Assembly (NCBI RefSeq): GCF_001194135.2
Contig: NC_068989.1
Location: 1,953,479 to 2,017,478, forward strand
DNA length: 64,000 bases
Reading direction: 5' to 3'
DNA from: Octopus bimaculoides
Taxonomy: Eukaryota
In this document: positions 50,101-62,100 of the stretch, piece by piece
How positions within the stretch are numbered: position 1 is the first letter of the stretch
Layout of the letters: every line of letters begins with the position of its first letter
Notes under the pieces: model-generated
The model's database searches: none
What the model was told of the DNA's origin: nothing
Seen by the model: the letters and a program-made list of their open reading frames with translations, nothing else
Position numbers and translations under genes: made by a program

Positions 50101-53100
50101 TAAACTGTGAGTCTTTCATATTGGACAACATATAAACATCGCCATTTCCATATTTGCAGGAATTGGCTAAAGTTTATTGAGGCAGGCTTTATATATAATG
50201 CCCCTCCTGCCACCAAACCTTGCTCGTTTCCAAGTAAGCTAATAATTTTCCAATGGCCACACGTTTTTGCAGAATACTGGAAATGACCGACAAGGAGACA
50301 CATCAACACGTGTTGCACTCATGATGGCAAGATAATGGTTTCAATTCCCAGACCAGTGGCAGATTGTGTTCTTGAGCAAAACCCTTCATTTCACATTGTT
50401 CCAGTTCACTCAGCTGTAAGAGGGTCACCCTTCCAACGGACTGGCCTTCTGATTGTTGCTCTGACAATTCAGTCACCAGGGTGGTAGCATTTGAAAGCTA
50501 CAATAATGCAAGGAAGTGCATTGTGGCCAGCAGTGTATAACAACACTAGATTGTATGGTTGATACAATGATATGTGTGTGTGGCACATAAAAAGCATCAT
50601 TCAAGCGAGGCTGATGCCAGTGCTGGTGGCACGTAAAAAGTACCATTTGAGCATGGTCGATGTCAGTGGCCTCTGTGCCGGTGGCACATAAAAAAGCACC
50701 CACTACACTCTCGGAGTGGTTGGCATTAGGAAGGGCATCCAGCTGTAGAAACTCTGCTAGATCNNNNNNNNNNCATCCAGCTGTAGAAACTCTGCTAGAT
50801 CAGATTGGAGCCTGGTGCAGCCTTCTGGCTCACCAGTCCTCAGTCAAACCGTCCAACTCATGCTAACATAGAAGGCGGATGTTAAACGATAATGATGATG
50901 ATGATAAATATATGACAAGTTTCTCTCAATTGCTGTCTACTAAATCTACTCAGAGTAGAAGACACTTGCCCAAACTGCCACACAATGGGACTGAACTTGA
51001 AACCCTGTGGTTGGCAAGTAAACTCCTTAACCACACAGCCATGCCTGCACTCATAAATATATAAAAACATAAAGGCAAATAGAAGGAACTTAGTGAAAGT
51101 GATTGCTTACTGGTAGGAAATAGACGAGGACTTTAGGAGCTTCATTCGTTAGGAACACCATACCAGAGTTGGGGTAGACAGCTAAATCTGTAAGGGGTAC
51201 ACCTGGCTCAATAGCTGTGTATGCTTTACCCTGAAAACAAGAAACACAGAAAATAAATAAAAAGAAATATAATATTGACGCATGCTCAAAAATAATTTTT
51301 TCCACTTAATTAATAAAATTAATTTGTTTTTGTTTTATAGTGGAATTCGATATCATATATGGGTCAATATCTCCCACACCTTGGTGTGAGCCATTATGAT
51401 AAAATAAGCAGGAGTTAATGATTTCATATTTTGGCACAAGGCCTGCAATTTCAAGGGAGGGTGTAAGTTGATTTCATCAGCCCCAGTGTTCAACTGGTAC
51501 TTATTTTAGTCAATAACAACAAATATTGTACAGCATTTACAAACTGTAAACTTACTGTGAGTTGATTCCAGAAGCGAAGAGTTTTGGCATCCAGTGAAAG
51601 TACAAGATCTTCTTGGTTGTGGAAATAGATTGATTTGATGGGGAGACCATAATGGTGGTCTTTGACTAAGAGTGGTTGGTTGGAACGAAGATCATATAAT
51701 AACACCTGAAATCATTGAAGAGTGATTAACATTAAACTGTAAAGGAGGGCCAAAATGTCAGGTTGGCTTAATGGTTAGGGTATTTGGCTCATGACTGTAA
51801 GGCCATGAGTTCAATCCCTGGCAGCATATAATATCCTTGAGCAAGACACTTTATTTTATGTTGCTCAAGTTTTCTTACCTGGCAAAAATAAGTTGTACCT
51901 CTAATTCAAAGGGCCAGCCTTATTACATTCTGTGTCATGCTGGAGCTGCCTGAGAACGATATTAAGAGTATGTGTGTCTGTGGAGTGCTCAGCCATTTGC
52001 ACATTAGTTGATCAGATCATAACTGATGGAGTGCCAGATTATAGATAAAATAATTACCGATGGTGACGACAATGGAGTGGTTAAGAGTGCGGGCTACTAA
52101 CCCCAAGATTCCGAGTTTGATTCCAGGTAGTGACCTGAACGACAACGACGGCGACAACAACAACAGCAACAAAAACACCAGAAAATACCTTAGGAATTAG
52201 AACCCAGGTTTGAAATTTCCCCAAGATACCTGCTAGAGGCTGGAGGGTATATCAGCCGAAACGTGTTAACAACAAACAAGATGAGGACAAATATCCGTCA
52301 AATGTAAATAATTCCTCATCTCTAAAATATAGAAGTATGCATTTGTCTCAAAAGAACCAGTCTACATCACTGGAGGCAAATGAAGTCACAGGTTACATCA
52401 GAAGTTCCCTTTTCTTGGAGAGAGATGTCTAAACAAAGACTAGGGGTCTCTTACTCCCAGCCATAAGATGGCTGTTGATCTCATGAGTTCATTTGCTTTT
52501 TGACAGGTTTTGTTCTTTAGTCCATCAGGGTGTCTAACAGAAATCACTCTCCTTACCAAGCAGACTTAGTGAGGTTACCAGTTTCATTGCCGACAGCCCA
52601 ACCATGTGACAGGTTCTATTTGGTTACATATTAACAATAGCACTTGAGGTAAACAAAGAAGACATAACGGAGAAGACTAACATGACCAGAACTGGTTCCA
52701 ATACCAAATTTCAGAGCATCTTGATATTTAAGAGCTGTTACGGCAGGTTTGCTGTCGACTCTGAAAAGAGAGTTAAAATAATGTAGATTAACAATAGGAA
52801 GTTTTTCTCTTCTAATTGCAAGGATAACCAACTCATTATATTACATAAACGATATGACATAAATCAACATTGTTATCATCATCATCATCACCAAGTTAAT
52901 GAGAGAGCTTCTACTTAGTCAAACAATTTGTTAGAAATAATAGCTAAAACCCCTCAAACTACACTTTTCTATCTTAAAAAATTAAAGGACACCATGAATA
53001 TTGCAGACCTGGATAAATAAGATGAGGTGGTCATGGCCTGCTCAATCAGGAGTGACTCAGGGCTAAACATATACTAGCCTCTATACTGAATGTTGTTTTC

Positions 53101-56100
53101 TCACAAAAAAAACCAAAGAGCAGATGTGACTGTGGGGTAAGAAGTTACTTCCGAACCATATGGTTTCAAGTTCAATCCCACTGCATAGCACTTTGGGCAA
53201 ATGTCTTCTACTATAGCCTCAGGCCAACCAAAGCCTGGTGAGTGGATTTGGTAGATGGAAACTGAAAGAAGCCTGTCGTATATGTGTTTCGGTGATATGT
53301 TGAGCTTGAGAAGACTCGTCAAGTGAAATTGTAGTTGTGGTTGATGCTGGTGTCATGTAAAAAGCATCCACTGCACTTTTAGAGTGGAGTGGTTGGTGTT
53401 AGGAAGAGCATCCAGCCGTAGTAGATCATGCCAGATCAGACTGGAACCTGGTGCAGCTCACCAGCTTAGCAGTCTCAGTGAAACTGTCTCACCCATGCCA
53501 GCATGGAAAGCAGATGCTAAATGATGATGATGATGATGGTATATATATGTGTGTGTGTGTCTGTCTCCCACCACTGCTTGATGATCAGTGTTGGTTTGTT
53601 GACATCTCCATAACTTAGTGGTTCAGCAAAAGCGATCAACAGAATAATTATGAAGCTTAAAAATAACAAAAGTAAAATATGTACTGGGACCAATTCATTC
53701 GATAAAAAAAAGTTCTCCAAGGTGGTGCTCCAGTATGGCTGTAGTTTAATGACCGAATCAAATAAAAAATAAACGATAAACAAAATCAGAAGAAGCCTGC
53801 TTACTTTATGTGTTCCTTAAAGTTAGGGCTTAGCAAGCCAACCCGGGTCTTGGATCGTGGATCCCAGCATTCAATGGTACCCTGAAATGAGAAAATAAGG
53901 GAACAAAATTTAACCCCTTCTGTTTTCCTTTGTTTTTTCTTTTTACTTTTGTTTAACGGTAAATGTTGGATTGTTCTGAAAATTCAGCCATTTGTGTGAA
54001 TATCCATCAGTGGGTGGCTGTTGGATGTCTCTGTAGTTATTTAATTATCATTTTTTTCTCTTTAATAATAAGTGCAAGGCTGTCCGTAACATGAACCACC
54101 AAGGGAAATACTAATTCATAGCAGTATCTGACAGAAATAGCAAAGAAATATCCCTGAAATCACACCTCACTGCCTTAACCCTTTAGTATTTAAACCGACC
54201 ATATCCTGTCCAAATATTCTACCTGGCAAGATCTGGCCTCTCACACCTACCTGACAATGTAATTCTAAAAATATACAATCACATCATCAAAATTTCAAAG
54301 CTACAAGATACTTGTCATCATAGATATACTTGATCTGAAACCAACATAATGACAAATTTAAACTATAATAAAACAGGGAATTCCTTGAAAACTCATTCTG
54401 CTGTACTTGAAACCTTGGGCCACTTTTTGAGTTCCACCTGTTTAACACAGCATCCATGACTTTCAGGAACATTTTTTCATGCTCAGAATTGCGGAAGCAT
54501 GGAATAAACTACCAGCATTTAGCTGTCAGGACACTACATCTTTCAAAACTTCCCTGCTTCCCAAAATTTGCCAATTGTACACTTGATGACCCCAACTTTT
54601 TTAGTGACTCGTTCACTGTTCACTACCTGTTCATTATTGAATTTACCATTCACCCACCTTTGGTTTTTTTTTTTTTTTGATGAGTTGTTGTGCACCTGAG
54701 CAGTGTAAACACTAAACTCATTATTATTATTAGTTTTAAAGATTCACACTGCATATTGAACCAATCACCAACCAACCAACCAACCAACCACGAGCACAAG
54801 AGATCCTTTACCATCAATGTCCAGTTGTCACTGTTTTATAAAAGCACCATTGTTACACAAACTTTATGCAGACAGCTTTTGATATGAAGAATGGAAAACT
54901 ACACAAAAGAATTGCACACCTTTGCAATTCTATTCCATCCAGTCCAAATATTGTTCTATAGATGCTCAAGCTGATTATTGACTGGATAAATTCCATCTCA
55001 GTGTGGCTTTGTGCCAGTGACAAGAAGTTGAAGTATGATTATGTCAGGGGTTGGTCTACAAAGGTCATAACCTGATCCTTTTAATTGTTATGCAAAACAA
55101 TTAACTGATTAAATAATTACAAGATAAAAGAAAAAAACTGAACACACTTACTTCTCTTGTTCCACAAGTGAAGAGTTCATGATACATGTTCATATCACAG
55201 CAATTTGATGTTCTGTGAAGAGAAAAATAAAAGTTGTGTTTGTATTGAGGCATATGAAATTGTTACACAGTGTTAGAAATCATATTACGGAGATGTACTT
55301 GCATAGCAAGTGACCTGGTCTGAGATCGTGTGCTGGAACGAAAACAATTGCAGCGTGGAAGGTGTTTATAAGCCATTTAAGAAACACACAAAAACCGTTA
55401 GATTCACTTTGACATTTAAATTCGATTTGACAAAATATTTTCGTCACTTTGAGATCGCGACCTGATCACTAACAAAATTCCGTGCTGCATCATATTGTGA
55501 AATATAAAAGACAAAAAAGGCAACAAAAACAGACAAACAAGCATCACTACCTCCCAATCTCTGAAGAGAAGTTAAGGGACAGAGCTTAATTCTGGTTTCA
55601 AAGTTGATGAGAGAAAAATGTTTTGGACAGGATGCTAGTTCATTGCAGGTTAACACTCTCTAATACTGATCTAAACCAGAAACCTGGTAGCTAGGTGTCC
55701 CAAGAAAATGGTAAATAAAATGTTCTGCCGAGAAACACTTAAACCAGATTTACCTCACGGCCTATGAGCAAGTTGCTCCAATACCACATCCACTCAGTTA
55801 ACCAACCTCTGCTATTGTCACACTGGCCACTAAAACATCAATCACCATCATTTAATGTCCACTATTCCAGGCTTGCATGGGTCAGATAAAATTTATTGAA
55901 GCAGATTTTATATGGCTGGATGCTTTTCCTGTCACCAACCCTTACTTGTTTCCAAGCAAGGCAATATTTCCCCAAAGTCAGACTGGAAAGGAACAGCATT
56001 GCTTGTGTGATGATGATGCTTATTTCCAAGTATCACATAATATCAAGATGAAGCTACACACACATACATATACAAGTTGGGCTTCTTCACAGTTTCTACC

Positions 56101-59100
56101 AAATCAATTTCCCTCACAAGGCTTCACACAACTGAGGATATGGCAACAAACATTTGCCCCACGGTGGGATTAAACCTAAGATTTCGCGATCGCAAAAAAT
56201 ATGTAAAATATACGATTTCCAACCATTATGTGATTTTGTATTGCAAGGAAGGTAACTCTTCCTATTTCCCTTAACTTACACTCTACTGTTTTAAAACGGA
56301 AAGAGACATAGGATAATGAAGAGGGGTGTGGATCAGGTGGGAGGGGTGCAGGTCTGAATTGGTGTACTTGATAGAGGTGGGCTGGGTCCACATAGGAAAT
56401 ATTTGGTAAAAGAGTTAAACAAAAGTGTTTAAAACTTACGTTGAATTTGTTTGAAATGGTAACATAAATCTGCCCAACTCAAGATTTAAACGATAAACCT
56501 GGGAACTGGAGAAGCAAGAAAGAAATTTATAAAAATTTAGATTATTTCGACAACAGAAAAAGTAAAAAGGGAAAACACGAATAGAAACAAATGTTAAATG
56601 GTGAAGTAAAATAAAAAAATTTATTACTAATCAGAAATTGCACAGGTTTTTGCCAACATAACATGGCAGTCCTGGTTTAGGATGAATGTTGCTGTAATTT
56701 AGCCCCAGGAGACATAACCAGCTGGAGACGATGTCTCCTGGGGCTAAATTACAGCAACATTCGTCCTAAACCAGGACTGCCATGTTATGTTGGCAAAACA
56801 ATCTTTACTCTAAAGTACTGTTACTGAATATCTCTCGTTGTGAGATTTAAAAATAGAAATTTGTACAGCTGATAAAAAAATTTAATTGAAATATTTTAAT
56901 TTTTGTTAACTGAATTTTGATTTGTATTTCTTTTAATTTCAGCTTCTGGAAATGACTTATGCCACACAAGTATTCTGTTGAAAGATTAGATACTATTTAT
57001 AGATTAAGAGCTCTTTGGTACTATAAATGGAGTTCACTCTGTCGCAAACATTTGGACTGCATCTTGGAGGCCCAATTGCTGTTCTTCACTTAGGAAAGGA
57101 GATATATTGTAAAATGCAAAATGCAATGATTCTTCTGATGGCGTGCACTGTGGCAATCAAGTGTGTTGGGGGAAGGGGAGCTAAATACAGTGGCCATATC
57201 ACATTCTACAATCCAAAATGTAGTAAAAGCATTTTTTCCATTGTGAATTTGTTGTTATTTCCCTGAAAAGATGATTGATGGCGGAATATTTTTTTTCTAA
57301 ATACCATTATCTGATGCTAAAATGTTGGAAAATTGTTCCTTAATATACAAACCTGGCCCCAACAATAAACAAATCACAGAGAGACGTGTGGTAAGACATA
57401 TCAAAACCATATTTTGGAACACGGGTACAGTAGTAGGTGCCAGCTTGGTTATGGAACTCCACATATCGGTTGACTTCAAGGAACACCAACTGGAAGAGAG
57501 GAGAGAATGTAATGAGATATTTATTCTATCTATATATACATAGATAGATAGATAGCTATGTATCTTAACTCAACTTACATACACATACAAATATATAAAA
57601 GTTATTTTGAAAAACAAAATGACATGAACCTTTTGTATTGTGTGTAAACGCTTTCACAGGTCATCATCATCATCCATATAAAGGAAGTTGGTGACTATTT
57701 GTGATTTAGTTTCAGATTTAGAATTCTTACAAAATATTCATCTTTCATTTTATAAAAAGGAAATTAAAAAAATTTTTCATTTGTATAAATGTCTAGATGT
57801 TCACAACATAGAACATTTCTAAGAGAGGAATCATTAATTTGCTGTTTGTGCACTCTCACATGGCTGGTTCATTTGGATCCTGTTTCTCCAATGTAATTTT
57901 CACTCATTGTAGGCATGTGATGCAGTAGATGAGATTTTTTGCTTTGCAATTCATGTTTGCATTTACCTTTAATTCCTTCTCATTCTTGAATCTTTTGGTT
58001 GTTCCTGGCTCAATTATTTCAGACATCAAAGACTGCAAACAAACAGGAAACAACTTCTATCTCATTCCAGGGTGAAAAACTAGAGGTAGTCGATAGCTTC
58101 CGCTATCTGGGCGACCAAGTTAGTAGTGGGGGTGGGTGCGCTGAAAGTGTAGCTGCTAGAATAAGAATAGCCTGGGCAAAGTTTAGAGAGCTCTTACCCC
58201 TGCTGGCGACAAAGGGACTCTCACTCAGAGTAAAAGGCAGACTGTATGACGCATGCGTACGAACAACCATGCTACATGGCAGTGAAACATGGGCTGTAAC
58301 TGCTGAGGACATACGTAAGCTCGCAAGGAATGAAGCCAGTATGCTCCGTTGGATGTGTAATNNNNNNNNNNNNNNNNNNNNNNNNNNNNNNNNNNNNNNN
58401 NNNNNNNNNNNNNNNNNNNNNNNNNNNNNNNNNNNNNNNNNNNNNNNNNNNNNNNNNNNNNNNNNNNNNNNNNNNNNNNNNNNNNNNNNNNNNNNNNNNN
58501 NNNNNNNNNNNNNNNNNNNNNNNNNNNNNNNNNNNNNNNNNNNNNNNNNNNNNNNNNNNNNNNNNNNNNNNNNNNNNNNNNNNNNNNNNNNNNNNNNNNN
58601 NNNNNNNNNNNNNNNNNNNNNNNNNNNNNNNNNNNNNNNNNNNNNNNNNNNNNNNNNNNNNNNNNNNNNNNNNNNNNNNNNNNNNNNNNNNNNNNNNNNN
58701 NNNNNNNNNNNNNNNNNNNNNNNNNNNNNNNNNNNNNNNNNNNNNNNNNNNNNNNNNNNNNNNNNNNNNNNNNNNNNNNNNNNNNNNNNNNNNNNNNNNN
58801 NNNNNNNNNNNNNNNNNNNNNNNNNNNNNNNNNNNNNNNNNNNNNNNNNNNNNNNNNNNNNNNNNNNNNNNNNNNNNNNNNNNNNNNNNNNNNNNNNNNN
58901 NNNNNNNNNNNNNNNNNNNNNNNNNNNNNNNNNNNNNNNNNNNNNNNNNNNNNNNNNNNNNNNNNNNNNNNNNNNNNNNNNNNNNNNNNNNNNNNNNNNN
59001 NNNNNNNNNNNNNNNNNNNNNNNNNNNNNNNNNNNNNNNNGTGCGGGTGGCACATAAAAGACACCATTTCGAGCGTGGCCGTTTTCGTGCGGGTGACACG

Positions 59101-62100
59101 TAAAAGCACCCACTACACTCTCTGAGTGGTTGGCGTTAGGAAGGGCATCCAGCTGTAGAAACTCTGCCAAATCAGACTGGAGCCTGGTGTTGCCATCCGG
59201 TTTCACCAGTCCTCAGTCAAATCGTCCAACCCATGCTAGCATGGAAAGCGGACGTTAAACGATGATGATGATGATGATGATCCCATAAGTGTTTCCATGA
59301 TTCGTTACCTGCATTATTTCTTTCTCTAATGTGAACACTGTCTTTGTTAGAAGTCTTTTGAGATTTGGTGGCAGTTTTTATCATCATCATCATCGTTCAA
59401 CGTCCACTTTCCATGCTGGCATGGGTTGGACGGTTTGACTGAGGACTGGCAAGCCTGAAGGTTGTACCAGGCTCCAATCTGATCTGGCAATGTTTCTACA
59501 GCTGGATGCCCTTCCTAATGTCAACCACTCTGAGAGCGTAATGGGTGCGAGAGTGTAGCGTATATATCAAATATATATATATATAAAAAAAAAAAATTTT
59601 TTTAATTCAAACCATTTTGGGGTGTATTACCTTAGAATAATCTTCAGAAAGTACTTTTGTTTTTATGACTTCTCTGTCCAAGCCTCGTTCAAATTTCATT
59701 GAGAGATTTGTAAGGTCATAGCAGTGGACACGGGGCTTATAAGAACCTGCAACACAAACAAAGTTAGTGAAATAAAAAGACAAATGTAAATATTTTCAAG
59801 AACTAGAATGGTGGGGGCTTAACTAAGTTGAGAGAAACAGTGACTATGTTGAGAAGTAGGGATGTGATCCACAGAGGACCAGCTTCATTTTGATGTATGA
59901 TACATGTTCCTGTGTTGGTAATTATACCTGTCCTAAACAAAATGGCATTATTTTTTGACTCACCCTCGTATGATCTCATTAATTTACTTGTTTCCACAGA
60001 AAGAGTAAATATTTTTATTTACCCATAAAATGGCTCCAGTATATTACTGGTATTGTTCTTAAAAAAAAAAGGCAATTTAAAAGAGATTAAAGCCGAAAGT
60101 TGAACCTGGCAAAATTTGAATTTGAAGTTTAGGGGAATGAGACAACCTAATGTAAAATATATTTTGACATTCTTCTAACATGTGTGGACTGAGATGTCTT
60201 TCATCTTTCACTTGTTTCAGTGATTAGACTGTGGCCATGTTCTACCAGCCTCTTTTACCAAACCACTAACTTACAGGGATGTAAGTGGTAGTTGTGGGAC
60301 CAATACAGACACAAGGGCACACACACATATACATATATATATGATGGGCTTTTTTCAGTTTTCCTCTACCAAATCCACTCATAAGGAACCTGAGGCTATA
60401 GTAGAAGACATTTACCCAGGGTGCCATGCAGTAAGACTGAACTTGGAACCATGCAGTTGGAAGCAAACTACTTCTCACACAACGATGCCTGTATCTCAAG
60501 GATGAATTGACCAAAATGTAAAAAGTGAAAAACTGACTGACTTCAAATGAATTGAAAATGGATCTGGAGGTTAAAGGTGTCAAGTCATGTTCTTGTTGTA
60601 TACATTCATCATCATCATCCTTTAACGTCTGTTTTCCATGCTGGCATGGGTTGGACGGCTTGACCAGAGCTGGAGAGCTGCACCAGGTTCCAGTCTGATT
60701 TGGCTTGGTTTCTACAGCTGGATGCCCTTCTTAACACTTTACAGTGAGTGTTGGGTGCTTTTAATGTGCTGAAAATTAATTATTAATGATGGGAGCAGTG
60801 TTAGTGCCAAAAGGTAATCTTTATATATATCCAACTTAACACAGATGGGCAAGTATCTTTACTATAGCTTCATGTCAACACAAGCCTTGTGAGTGATACT
60901 AAAAAGACAGAGAATATATGGAAACATAGGTCACCCAAACTCCTTCTTTGTCCTCTCAGCCATATACTCACATCTTAAAGTCTGTAAGCAAAGAATCTGT
61001 TGTTTACTAACCTGTGACATAAATATTGTTGCCATCTGGTGTAACACTGATAGTTGAGCTCAGAGATGGCATTTCCAAATCCTGGATTAACTCAATTCGT
61101 TGACGTATATCTAATAAGACAAAGAAAGAATTAAGGCATATAATTATCAAATAGAAAATTACTTTGAGAGATAAGGGCCAAGCAAATGAGATTTCTTAGT
61201 TACGTGATGAGGAAAGAGGGCCCAGGGAGAAATTAGTGACGACTGGAAAGGCTGAAGGGAAAAGAAACAGAAGAAGGAGAAGCTTGACTGGTTGGAAGAA
61301 AGAGGCTGTGACAGAAAACAAAGAATAGAGATTTGTGCCAGGATATGGTCACCCATGACTCACTTTCAGGACATGGCGCCTAAAGAAGAATTATCAAAGG
61401 AAAGTGATTAATATCTTCATTCACTCTGTAAAGAGTTTTATCAGAGCATTTGTTATTCACTGAGCATGACTGATGCCAGTGCCGCCTGAGGCACGTAAAA
61501 AGCACCCACTACACTCTCGTAGTGGTTGGTGTTAGGAAGGGCATCCAGCTGTAGAAACTTTGCCAGATCAGATTGGAGCCCGGTGCAGTCTCCTGGCTTG
61601 CCAGTCCTCAGTCAAACTGTCCAACCCATGCTAGCATGGAAAGCAGACGTTAAACGATGATGTCTCTAACTTGGTAAATGTTTCATGTTTCTGTTTAGCT
61701 TCAGATCAGTTCTGATCAAACAGACTGTAACCAAAAGAGTCCCAGTCACGACCATCCAGTCTATTTCTTTGAGGGGTATACAACACATATATTCTCCAAT
61801 GTGTTGTTGCCTAGTATGGCATGATTTGAGAGAGGCTTGGATACTATTTCTAACAGGTCACAAAACATTGCCTGAATATAAAGTGGGTCAAGGATTCATT
61901 TTGATATCTTCAACTTCTAGTAGAGAGTTGTAGTAGTTGAAATGTCAATCATGGACAACAGTTGTGTGTGAAAAAGTGGTTGATTTAGGGGTTGTTTTGA
62001 TACCCCACTTTTTTTTTAACGCTTTAGCATTTAAACTGGACGTATCTGTTTAATGCTGAAATGAATTCTTTGAAGTATACAGTTACTGGTCCACAATGTT

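Noticed and set aside
50736-50801. 28-bp direct repeat catccagctgtagaaactctgctagatc on both sides of a 10-N gap
   Set aside because: Unmerged contig overlap inside a family-A repeat; an assembly artefact, not a TSD
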